The notes under the pieces were generated by a model. It ran no database searches, was not told the DNA's origin, and was given only the letters and a program-made list of their open reading frames with translations. A program made the translations under genes and the position numbers. Positions 35,609 to 47,100 of a stretch of DNA of 64,000 nucleotides are shown here, one piece after another. This stretch comes from Octopus vulgaris (taxonomy: Eukaryota): contig OX597816.1 in the NCBI GenBank assembly GCA_951406725.2, positions 75,144,001 to 75,208,000 on the forward strand, read 5' to 3'. The stretch's first letter is position 1. Each line of letters opens with the position of its first letter.

Positions 35609-37214
35609 TGCGAGCAATTATGGAGTGAATTTTATAAATCTAATATTTTCCTATCCTTCCTTAATACTGGTTCCCATATGCTATTCATATCTGCACTCGG
35701 TCTGCTTAGGAGGCTGTTGTGTTCTAGCATATGTCTTGCTTCTTTTACTTTTCGTATTTTCCAGTGGTGTTCTCTGTCTATTATTTTAACTTCATCCCAC
35801 AGAGGGAGATGGTTTTCATTTTACCATACATGATCAGCTATACCCGATTTATCAATATCTCCTCATGTCACAGCTTTGTGAAGTTCCTCTACCCTTATTT
35901 TGAGATGGCAGCATGTTTCGCCTTTGTATAACCTACCACAGCTGCATGGGATGGAGTACATGCAGTTTTTGATCATATTCTCTTCTATTGGTGGTTTTAC
36001 CCGAAGGAGATATTTGTGAAGTGTTGTATTAACCTTGAATACTATCCTGATGTCATATGGGCCGCATATCTTTCTTATCTTTTCGGAGAGGCTTTTCACA
36101 TAGGGTGGAGTAGATAGTATTTTTGGGGGGTAGTTGTTGCTTAATAGATTGTTACTGAGCTTGATCATTTCTTCATGGTGGGTATCACGATTGCTACTTG
36201 TATTCTTTGATCGATGTTTTAGGCACTGAGCAATTTCCCTCTTTACACTATGGATGGTGGGAATTGAAGTTAAGGTATCATCCAGTGAAGGTTGGCTTGC
36301 GGTATACGGATACCCTGAATCCATACTTGGTGTGTGTTATTAATACATCCAGGAATGCTAACTGATTGTCTTTTTCCTTTTCCATTGTGAACTGTATTGA
36401 TGGCTTTATTGAGTTCACATGATCTAACAGCACTTGGACATCTTCCTGGTGGGGCCAGAAGATAAAGGTGTCATCAACATATCACAGCCATAGGTTGGTT
36501 TTAGTGATGTTGACCCTAAAGCCAAATTCTCAAAGTATTCCATGTATATAATGGCTATTATTGGTGATAATGGTGAACCCATAGCTAAACCCTCTTGTCA
36601 ATATATATCAATGTCCATACTGAAATAGGTAGTTTCTACACAGACGGTCAACATTTCCATCAAGTTTCTTATTGGTATACTAGTGTGTTCTTTTAGATGG
36701 ATATCTGTCACTAGTTTTTTTGAATCACCGATAGTGCTTCACCAGTTGGGACTTTGATGAACAGAGTTATTACATCTAGACTCACCATCTGGTTGTATTC
36801 AGTGGGGATATCCTTGATCAATTCTTTGAAGTGGGTGGTATTCTTCACATATGATGTTGACTTACCTGCTAATTGACTGATTACATCCACAAGGAAGCGG
36901 CTCAGCGGATGACATGCTGAACCTCTACAGCTCACTATAGGTCTTAATGGAATACCATCCTTGTGAATCTTAGGGAGACCATCAAATGTAAATAATGTAC
37001 ATAATTCCTCATCTCTTAAATATAGAACTGTATTAGGACAGACTTCTTTCAGTTTCTGTCAACCAAATCCACTCACATAAAAGGCACCCAGTACACTGTG
37101 GAGTTGTTAATATTAGGAAGGGCTCCTAGTCATAGTAGGCAAGCCCAAACAGACTGGAGCCTGGTGCAGCTCTCTGACTTACCATGCTCACCATCTTTAG
37201 TCAAGCTGTAATGT

Positions 37215-37373
37215 ATGTATATATATATATACATATATATGTATATATATATATATATGTATATATATACATGTATGTATATATATATATGTATATATAT
37301 ACATGTATGTATATATATTTATACATATATATATATATATATATATACATACATATATATATATACATACATG

Positions 37374-37471
<98 letters not shown>

Positions 37472-37490
37472 CATATATATATCTCTATAT
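37215..37490. repeat. Long compound (TA)n/(TACA)n microsatellite
   Basis: directly visible; source of the YI-repeat ORFs. Confidence 0.98.
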
Positions 37491-37960
37491 ATAAAACTAA
37501 AATGCGTTTGGACCGCTTGGATCGCTTTCAAGGCCACTACATCCCGTTGGATTGACTCCAAAATTTACAGGGACATGTAAAATGAGGTGACGATGCCCGT
37601 GGGCTATGTTAGAAATCCCTATCTTAAAAGGTGTCGTTGCTAGGGCCAAAAACCCACTTTGACAAGTCCACTCCCATTCTTTAATGTATCTGTCTTTCTC
37701 ACTCACTCACGCTCCCAGCACTTTTTCACTCACTCTATTTCCTACCTTCCCATCACTTTCACTTCGTCAAACGACGTTCTTTTATGTATCTGTCTGCATT
37801 CAGAGAGAATTATCATCGCTACCACCAACACCACACAATCATGACAACAAATATGAATCTCGCCATCGCATTCTATTGTCTGCCTGTCAACGTGCCGATG
37901 GAGCAAATACAAACAGAACACACCAACGAGCGTTCGTGTTCTGGTGATAACATAGGTTTT
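37482..37960 (+). mobile_element. Possible Helitron-like repeat, 5' part only
   Basis: begins tctctatatataaaact like the two Helitrons and is CpG-rich; no CTAG end found. Confidence 0.3.
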
Positions 37961-38237
37961 TCGTATCTATTACATTTTAACATTTATTTAGAACCCTGCA
38001 AATTTTTCGTGCTAAATTTTCATTTTTTACTACTTTATTATTTTTTCTTAAATTGATGCTTTTATTAAAATTAATTCTAATTGTCTGGGTCAACAGTTCC
38101 TTTCCTCGGAGGATATGGAAATTCCTATTACCCGTCAGAGAAATAACTCCAGCATCTCACAACTATTTCAACAAAGACAAGGTTACCTACTTACCAGTCG
38201 AATTCAGCGTCAACGCTCACGTATGAGAGAGACTCCA

Positions 38238-38268
<31 letters not shown>

Positions 38269-39069
38269 ATGTGTGCATTATGTGGTTGGTTGAGCTGAAA
38301 ATATGCAGACCTATGTTAAAAGTGCTGGCAAGTTTGCATGACAACTATTTTTTTTTCCTCAAATGAAAGGCGTGACCTCTAGGACAAAATTCTTCATCTT
38401 ATAAAATGTGGCCCCAGTAGACCCAAATGAAATCGGGTTATATTAACCAAAATGTGAAACGGGGTCTAAATGGGGCTGGAAGGGGATTAAAATTTAAAGG
38501 AACGGGTGTTTAGGAATGCTCTGTTACATCAAGCTAAAAAATTTGTGCCAGCCTTTTAATCGTCAATGTGTTGCCGTCCATGATGAAGAAGTTTTGAATG
38601 CTTGCCATCGTGAGTCTACTGTTGTGAGAAAGAATCACTTCAAAACTTGGTGTTTAGGGATTTTCTTTTACATCAAGTTCAAAATTTTACGCCAGCCGTT
38701 AAACTGTCAAAATGTTGCTGTCCGTCGCTAAGAAATGCCAGCCATGGTGACTCTACTATCCTCAGATTCTATCCCTTCAAACTTTGGTTTCCAATATTTT
38801 ATTATTTTTATTCAGCTCGCAAGTTCATCTGTCCCTTTTAAATGTTAGTGTTTTGCTGTCTGCATTGAAGAAGACATTTCCGTTGTTACTGCCTGATATT
38901 TATGATTGATCTTTCTAAATATTTTATTTCTCAACTTACTCAAGATCTTTTGTTGTTTATAAATGGGAGAGAGATAGATAAAGATAGAGTAAGAGAAAGC
39001 GAGGGAGAGTCCGAGAGAAAGGAAGAGTAAGAGAGTGGGGAAAGTGAGAAACAAAGAGGGAGAATCAAC

Positions 39070-39372
39070 ATCATCATCATCGTTTAACGTCCGTTTTCCG
39101 TGCTAGCACGGGCTGTACAGTTTGACCGGGGTCTGGGAAGCCAGGAGGCTGCACCAGGCTCCAGTCTGATCTGGCAGTGTTTCTACAGGTGGATGACCTT
39201 CCTAACGCCAACCACTCTGTGAGTGTAGTGGGTGCTTTTTTCGTGCCGCCAGCACAGGTGCCAGGGGGGCTCGCAGTGGCAACAATCGGTTGGTGCTTTT
39301 TACGTGCCACCGGCACAGAAGCCAGTCAAGGCAGCGCTGCAATCGGCCATGTTCGGATGGTGCTTTTTACGT
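39070..39372 (-). mobile_element. Young RTE-tail repeat copy
   Basis: (CAT)n-cgtttaacgtccg... reverse of the 29.7-30.2 kb tail. Confidence 0.85.
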
Positions 39373-39461
39373 GCTGAAAGGAAGCAACAGAAAGTAACAA
39401 CCACACTCTTACCCATGCGTAGAGTGGGTCACCTTCAGCTAGTATATATATATATTTATAT

Positions 39462-39526
<65 letters not shown>

Positions 39527-39612
39527 CACACACACATATATATATTTATACATACCCACACACACACACATATATATATGTGGCACTGGCATATATATAT
39601 ATATATATATAT

Positions 39613-40027
39613 GCCAGTGTCACTTAAAAGGCACCATTCGAGCGTGATCGTTACCAGCGTCGCCTTAAAGAGCACCATCCGAGCATGATCATTGCCAGAG
39701 TGGCTATCTGGCCTCCGTGCCGGTGGCACGTAAAAAACACCATTCGGCCGTGATCGTTATCAGCATCGCCTTACTGGCACCAGTGCCAGTGGAATGTGTA
39801 AAAGATTCGAGCAAGGTCATTGCCAGTACTGCCTGACTGGCCCCGTGCCAGTGGCACGTAAAAGCACCCACTACACTCTTTGACTGGTTGGCGTTAGGAA
39901 GGGCATCCAGCTGTAGAAACTCTGCCAGATGAAGATTGAAGCCTGGTGCAGCCATCTGGTTCGCCAGCCCTCAGTCATTCGTCCAACCCACGCTAGCATG
40001 GAAAGTGGACGTTAAACGATGATGATG
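39613..40027 (+). mobile_element. Young RTE-tail repeat copy
   Basis: modular aaaagcaccattcg units, then gcgttaggaagggcatccagctg...(GAT)n. Confidence 0.85.
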
Positions 40028-40726
40028 ATACGGCAAATAAGAAAGTGAAGAGGATACAAAATTGACAGACATCAACCAGTAAACATTCTAGTCTGTCTAT
40101 TTATTCCAATGTATTAGATGAATACATACACATGTATTAGTAGTACAGAAATGAGCAAATGAGCAGATTGTCAGTGGGTGCTAGTTCCTTGTGGTCGTTT
40201 CTGCCAAGAGACAATGAAACCCTCCAGGTTATCTTCATCTCTTCAGTGTTCTGTAGGGATAGGCAGATAAGGCTTGGATGATGAGTGTGCCTCTAGGTTT
40301 CTTCAGAGGGTCTAAGTGGTTGGGAGGAGTAATACATATAAGAAACGGTCAATAATAGGTTAAGTGTGTTCGTCTTTTTAAAAAAGAGCAGGAAAAGAAT
40401 GGGAGTAAGAATAAGAACAAATATGAGGATGTGAGCGAAGTACATATTTTCCTTATATCAATAAAGGATGTAAAACATTGAGAGAAAATAGTTTCGAACG
40501 AGGTCAACTGAGTTTCATATTCTTCCTCTTTTACTCTCACAGTCAAAAATATAAATATCTCTTTGGAAATATGTAACTAACGACGCTATTCACAAATTGC
40601 AATATGAAATCGAAAATGTTCCAATCGTTTACAAATAACTGGAACAACTAAGGGAGATAACTCAAGGAATATGGGAGGGGTGGTTTCTCTACTTTTATAC
40701 TTTCATTTACTAAAGAGTAACTATTA

Positions 40727-40736
40727 CCCGCGAAAA
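40727..40736 (-). promoter_or_regulatory. E2F-type site TTTTCGCGGG upstream of ORC2
   Basis: cccgcgaaaa on +, matching the TTTSSCGC-class consensus, ends 18 nt before the ATG; CpG-containing in an otherwise CpG-poor region. Confidence 0.5.
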
Positions 40737-40754
40737 ACGATTACTAACTGGAAA

Positions 40755-40878
40755 ATGATGTTGACAGACGATAAAGACTTAACAAAATTAATAGCCACAC
40801 GTAAGTCGGTACGAGTGAAGTTTGTCAATGATGAAGACATCGTCCAACATATTGTACACCTGAAAGAAAGAAAGAGAG
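40755..40878 (+). CDS. ORC2: ORC2 exon 1
   Basis: MMLTDDKDLTKLIATRKSVRVKFVNDEDIVQHIVHLKERKR; VKFVNDEDIVQHI matches the metazoan ORC2 N-terminal V.FV.DddvlnHI motif; GAG|GTGAGA. Confidence 0.88.
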
Positions 40879-41840
40879 GTGAGAATAACTTAATTATGCA
40901 ATTGTGTTATATTGCTAAAATCTGTCACCAAGTTGTTTATGTCAAAATTCAATCTACAACAAAGACACTCCGTTACTTTTAATATGATTTCAGTACTTTT
41001 ATTATTTTTCTGTGAAAAGACTCATTATTAACAGACATTGTCTATTGGTTTTCCTGGGAAAATTACGGATTGATAGGGTTGTATGGTTATAATTATTAGT
41101 TTATGTCTTTGTTTAATGCCAAATCCAGCACCAATTGAGCTATGACGCAAAGATTGTCGATCTAAGATTAGGTGTATCCCCTCTCCCATACATCTCATCT
41201 ACTATTCCAAGTATAGTGTGAATCCGCCGAGCTGGGGACGAATTAATCTAGTGAGATTGGTGGAGTTGATATTATGTACAGTTTGAAAAAACACAAGCAG
41301 AGAGTATACTGAGAAGGATGCTTAGTAGAGACTTTGTGGCTAAAAATATATTAAAGATGACGAGAAGAGGAAAGTTTGGGGCATTTGTGTGGTCTTGGGA
41401 AGTGAAGAGGAAACTGATGATGATGATAGAAAAAAAATGCGGAAACAGTATGCATTGGTTAGTGAACCATCAGCAATCAGACAAATATTGCTTTTGGATG
41501 TTATCTGGTATATATGATTGTGTAATAGACACAGTCTCCAGATATAAGCAAGTTTCTTGCGTTTTTTTTTTTTTTTATATCCTATGACTGTTAGTATTGT
41601 TTTGATGGTAGCTTGGTCACATTTAACCGGCCAAAACCAATAAAAGTGTATATTACAAAGTGGTCAGCAACTAATGAATGCTGAAGTATTTTCTCCCTCT
41701 CAAAAATGAAATCTTGACGTCAAGTTTTCAACATGTTATGTATTTGAGGCCATGATGAGAAGTTGTGAGGTGCATATAAGTCTGTATTCATTTGTATTTT
41801 GCTAGTCTTGCTGATTCCCAGTTTTGATGATCTATTGCAG

Positions 41841-41966
41841 GTGGCCTTCCACATATGGAGCGTACAGTCTCCAGCGGAGCCAAAAGACAAGCTGTTATGA
41901 TTAATGACCAAGAAGTTGTACTTGGAAGTAGTGATGAGGAAGATGAAGTTTATAAATCCTCAAGAG
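41841..41966 (+). CDS. ORC2: ORC2 exon 2
   Basis: ttgcag acceptor; GLPHMERTVSSGAKRQAVMINDQEVVLGSSDEEDEVYKSSR; G|GTATGA; phase 1-1. Confidence 0.85.
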
Positions 41967-42875
41967 GTATGATATTAATTATAGATATTTTCTCATATGT
42001 ATTGGAAAGGTAGAGGTAGTCAGTTGGTATGATTGCTTAACTGTTGATCTGTAAGTGATTGAATCAAACCTTCTTACAAGTGTTGCCTTGTGAGCTTGAA
42101 CAAGATACTTAACTAAATTCTGTTCAGCTAAGCTAGAATTTTTGGTGACATTCACTCTTTACAATTGAGTTTGATTAGAAAAGATATTCAGCTGTACTTA
42201 CCAGTGTACAAACCACAAAACTATACTTATTACTTGTTCTTACACTTTTTGAAAATATATAAATTCACATTGCCTATCAACCCATTACAATATGAAAATT
42301 GGCAGACCATTGTCCATTGGTGCATTTTAAACTATAATGATGTGCCTGTTTACAACCCACTACATTCTTTTCAAGGCCTGAAATTTTGGGGGAAGGGGCC
42401 AGTCAATCAGATCGACCTACTACGCAACAGGTACTTAATTTGTCGACCCTGAAAGAATGAAAGGCAAAGTTAACCTCGGCAGAACATAAAGACAGATGAA
42501 ATAACGTTTCTGCCAGCTTGCCACTTTACGACCCACTACATTGGCATTATTAATACCCTGTGTTAACCAGATTACTACATACAATGCTAATGATCAATCT
42601 ACACAATACAAGGTGTACCAACAATTCTACAGACCACAGTGCCACATAATTGCTATTGAACAAAAATAGATATTTGATCATTGAGACTATAATTCAAAGT
42701 AAAGATTATTTCCAATTAATAGGAAAACTGCAAATCTTTTATTTTTGTGAACTGTATTGCAGATATTGAACTTGTTTTTAAATGAAAATTTACATTTATT
42801 TCTAGTTCTCATTAATTTTTATTTTTTGTTTTTATTTTATATATATATTTTTTTTTTTATTATTACCTGAAAAAG

Positions 42876-42962
42876 CTTTGATGGTGAATGATGGAGATGC
42901 TGGTGGTAAAGATTTGTTTACTTTTCGAACACCTAAGAAATCAAATTCAATGACTCAAAAAG
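42876..42962 (+). CDS. ORC2: ORC2 exon 3
   Basis: (A)LMVNDGDAGGKDLFTFRTPKKSNSMTQK contains an F.F.TPKK motif; atypical AAAAAG acceptor; G|GTAAAT. Confidence 0.8.
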
Positions 42963-43606
42963 GTAAATTGTTCAACTTGTCAAGTTTTCAATTTAATTTC
43001 TTCCTTCTGACTGGTTTTTATCATCATCTCCAGACCTTCAGTTTCTGTTGTAGCTGTGTTCTCTGCCACCTTACTTTCATTTATTCTCACTAGGCTATGA
43101 AATATACTGCCTCATTCAGTTGTCTTAGTCAGTATAGAAACACTGACCTATGGTAGAAGCTGTAGCTAAGCAACTTATTGATCTAGCATCCTAAAGACAT
43201 TAGATGTCCAACCACTAGTATTTGTTTCTAAAAAAATTGAGGTTTACTGAAAGTAACATCTGCACATGTCTTAAAATGGCTTAACAAAGGACATTTGATG
43301 ATGAAATATATTATGTATATATAATAATTAATATATTATGATTATGCAATATGCTACGTATAAACATTTGATTATGAAATCTATTGTAAAAAGGGATCTC
43401 AAATACCAGATGTTAATGCATTGTCACAGTTGATACTATTAATAATGTTGGATTGGCTGAATGTGGTCATGATAATGATTTTGTTTTCATCCATCTTGTA
43501 GAGAATGATGTTATAAAAGTGAAAAGATAAAGTTGGAGTTTGTCAGTGTCAATATTTTATCTGTAAAATTCATCAACTTATTCCAAGGATGTCTCATCTT
43601 TTTCAG

Positions 43607-43678
43607 CATTTGAATCAAAAACACCAACCACTCCAAAATCTAAGAATTCTGTGCAAGAATGTAACAGACAACATACAG
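43607..43678 (+). CDS. ORC2: ORC2 exon 4 (72 nt, repeat unit A)
   Basis: tttttcag acceptor; FESKTPTTPKSKNSVQECNRQHT; CAG|GTAATT; phase 1-1. Confidence 0.8.
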
Positions 43679-46600
43679 GTAATTTCTATTGGTTTTTAGC
43701 CAACACCTTGTTCTGTGTTTCAGCTGATAAATAATGTTTATATAGTTATTCAATAATTTTCATATTGGAACTTTCCCAAGTTCTCTGAAAAAAGTTAAAT
43801 GCTAAAGATTCTTGAAAGCTCCTATATACGTATCACCAATCTATAATCAAAAGCATTCCAACCATGATTATCTCCCCACTCAGATATAGAGTATCTATTT
43901 TATCCAATGTATCTATTTTTTTTAAAGGTAGTAGAATGTGATTTGAGGGAGATTTGACTACTATTTCTTGAATGTTGAACATCTTGAAATGATGTGGAAA
44001 CTGTTGAACATTGATAGAAATTAAAATTGCAATATTTGGAATTATTAGTAGTGTAGACACCGTCATCCAGATACATTGAAAGATGGAAGAACTTGTTTGT
44101 AGTTACAGTTTGGAAAATTTTTTAGTATACTTCTGGATTGCTCTTCCTTTTTATATGTGCATTTCAGATAAAATATTTTGACTGGAAAATTTCCTGGCCA
44201 TTTTCTGATTCCAGAGTTCTATACAATTAGAAATTCAAATTCCCAGTGAGAACTTAATCTTTTGTTTTTGATAAATGTTCCTGATTAATCTATTGCACCT
44301 TTACCAAATTGTTTTATATAGCTGACTAGGTAACAGAATATTTGATGAAATATTTCCTTTTATCTACCCCAAATTTGGTTGCAAATAGGAAATTTAATAT
44401 TCAGTCACGGAGCAAAGATCACTTAGTCTCTTGTTGGAAAAAGGAAAAACCTCCCTCCTCCTCCTCTATATTTTCATATCTTTGGTGAAATATAATTTCT
44501 TTATTGGCTATCATGGTTGACAGGTCATAAATTAGTACTAGCTCATAGACTATTATGTTCGGTAGTACTGTAATGTTATTCTGTTATAAGAAATCACTCA
44601 GGAATAATTACTTGTGAATGATCTATTCAAGTACTGCAATATTATTAACTATTGTGGCACATAATGTCGTTTGATGTGGATCACTTATGGTTTAGTTAGA
44701 AAACAATTCAGAAGATTATTATCTTTTCAGCGAAAATGATAATAATCTCTGTACCTTGTATCTTGGCTTACTAACTGTCTTTTGTCTCTAGTCTTTAGTT
44801 GAGGCAGAACATAACTGCATATTAACTGCTGGGAACCTGTGACATTATAGAAGAATTTGTACTGGATAATTCCTAGTGGGTAGTGGAAGAAATCCAAGGT
44901 TGTGATTCTTCCAGCTCATTATTTACAGAAAAGGCCTATCATCATCATTTTTGGAATAGCTTTCCCATGCATGTCTGGGTTGGACAGAACCTTTCCGATG
45001 CAGCATCTTACCACTTATTACTTTCCTTTTTCATCTCTTTTGTGAGATTCAACATCCTGGAATCAACTGCTCATTTCTTCTTTGGTTTTCTTCCACTTGG
45101 TTTTCCTGGCACATTTTTACCCAATTGTGTTTTTACATCCACATGCATTACATATCTGTATCAATACAATTTTTTCTTAAGCACACTACACCTGACTCCT
45201 CTTTCCTCCAGTTTTCTCTCAGCTCATCTGTACCATATTGCTCATGCTCACTGACATTACACATCTAGCAGAGCAGACTTGCTTCATTTCTACCAGCCGA
45301 GATAATAGCTTCCTGAACTTTTTTCCGTCTTGTTCTTGTTCTGGCTACTATACTTACAGACTCCATTCTTCCACTACTGATTAGGTAACCTAACAAAAGT
45401 TATCAGCTGCTCTTACAGATCCTTTCCAGCATTAAGAAGAATTTATTTTATTAGTACTCTGATTGCTAATTACTCTTGTGCATCTTCCACATGTTAGTCT
45501 GTTTTCTGCGAGAACTTGCTTGTGCTCCCAGTATAACTCTTGTTCACCTCAAATCATATTAAGTAACTCTATGAAATTCATTTGATCCTGACCATTTCCA
45601 TGACAGCAGCAGATTCCTATCTTCTTTTCTACTTACTAAAACTTTGCACTGAGGCATCTTAGTTATTTTTGGGTTTATAAATACCATAATCACGCCTTAT
45701 CATCATTTGAGAGTTATATTTATTACACAGCCCTGACACTTCTCTTCCCATTACAGATTTCCATAATTAGTTGTGGCCTAGTGATTAGTCCTGGCTAATG
45801 GCAGAATTTGATTCCTTTGGCAGAATCCGAACTAAAAATGCAAAGAATCAGAACAGATACTGCAAAGCATCTTGTCTAGTGTTTTAAAAGTACTGCCAAT
45901 CCACCTCCTTGGACTGGTACTCTTGATCCTGAGTGAAAGAAAAACAAAGTTAACCCCAATGATAATTGAAACTGGAATGCATAAAGCTAGAATGAGTATG
46001 GCATGGCAGTTTATCTGCTCTGTTGTTCTACTAATTTACCTTCTGTGATTTTGTAGAGTTAAAAACTCAATTAGACAATGAAGCCATGTTTTATATAATA
46101 TCTCAAGTGTTGTCGTACACTCCTGAATGTATGTTTTAACTGGCCACGTGAGGAAATGTCTATTGTATGCATGATAGTAAAAGTTTGTTTTTTTTTTAAT
46201 ATAAGAAGTGTAAATGTGTTCTGGAAAAATTCAACTTTAAAGTAGACAAAGAAATATATAGTTGGATTGTCTACTGAATGTGCATCAAACAAAATATGCC
46301 AATATCTGTTTGCATATATCATTGTTTTTTAATATCCATCTTCCATGCTGGCTTGAGTTTGATGGTTCAATAGGATCTAATGGGTTTAAGAATTGCATCG
46401 TACTTCAGTATCTGTTTTGGTATGGTTTTTATGGATAGATGCCTTTCCTAATGTCAGCTACTTTACATAGTGTACTGGAAGCTTTTTTTGTAGCACCAGC
46501 ATTAGTGAGGTTGTCATGCAGCTTGCAAGACTAAGGTCCGTTTCAGCAGAGTGGGACTTCAATAGAGAGGGAGTGGCTTTATGGTAGATGAAAGATTAAA

Positions 46601-47028
46601 GTGGGAAAGAATGGGTTAGAACATGTTTCTTGCAGTAGAGGAGCTATATGGCTACTCACATTATAGAAGAGTGGGTAGTAGTAACCTGAGTAGCGCTAGA
46701 AAGAAAGATAAAATAATGATGCAGTGTCCAGGTAGATATGAATATATATGTTAGTGTGTGTAGTATGTCTGTCTCTCTAGTAGATGAGATCTGATGACAG
46801 ATAAGTTTGCTTGTAAAAGTTGAGATGTTTTAATTGGTACTGGTCTTAGGAATATAAAGCTAATATAACTAAACTCAAATGTTACAATAAGCATGAATAT
46901 AATTAAATTTATGGATTGTTGAATATAAACAGATTCCTATTTCTCTAGAAAGTGTAATTCTTCATCAAAAATTGTTTGGACAGTTTTATTGATGATGCAT
47001 GATGTATTTGTCAACTTTATTTCTTCAG

Positions 47029-47100
47029 GCCTTCAATCAAGATCTCCAAATACTCCAAAATCTAGGAAGCCATTATCTGAATCCAATAGACAAGAAACAG
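47029..47100 (+). CDS. ORC2: ORC2 exon 5 (72 nt, repeat unit B)
   Basis: ttcttcag acceptor; LQSRSPNTPKSRKPLSESNRQET; CAG|GTAAGA; phase 1-1. Confidence 0.8.

Larger units (their letters stand above)
35380..37030 (-). mobile_element. Penelope-like element (RT + GIY-YIG, decayed) with 3' UTR and short inverted 5' tail
   Basis: GLPKIHKDGIPLRPIVS, SLDV..LF..VP, AMGSPLSP, YVDD at 36470-36481, YSIPCSCGRLYKGET; ORF ends near 35632; tcaaatgtaaataa inverted at 35380-35393 and 36982-36995. Confidence 0.9.

Noticed and set aside
37184-37580. Several overlapping YI-repeat ORFs
   Set aside because: Translations of a (TA)n microsatellite in all frames; the same applies to ORFs at 7074-7760, 34685-34934 and 39232-39729.
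38186-38235. Strong minus-strand donor (CTG|GTAAGT) suggesting an antisense first exon
   Set aside because: No downstream minus-strand exon chain or ORF found; a single site is expected by chance.
39613-39870. CRISPR-like repeat/spacer pattern (aaaagcaccattcg units)
   Set aside because: The units are diverged, the spacers are homologous to each other, and the array is the 3' UTR of an RTE LINE (29412-30197); no cas genes.
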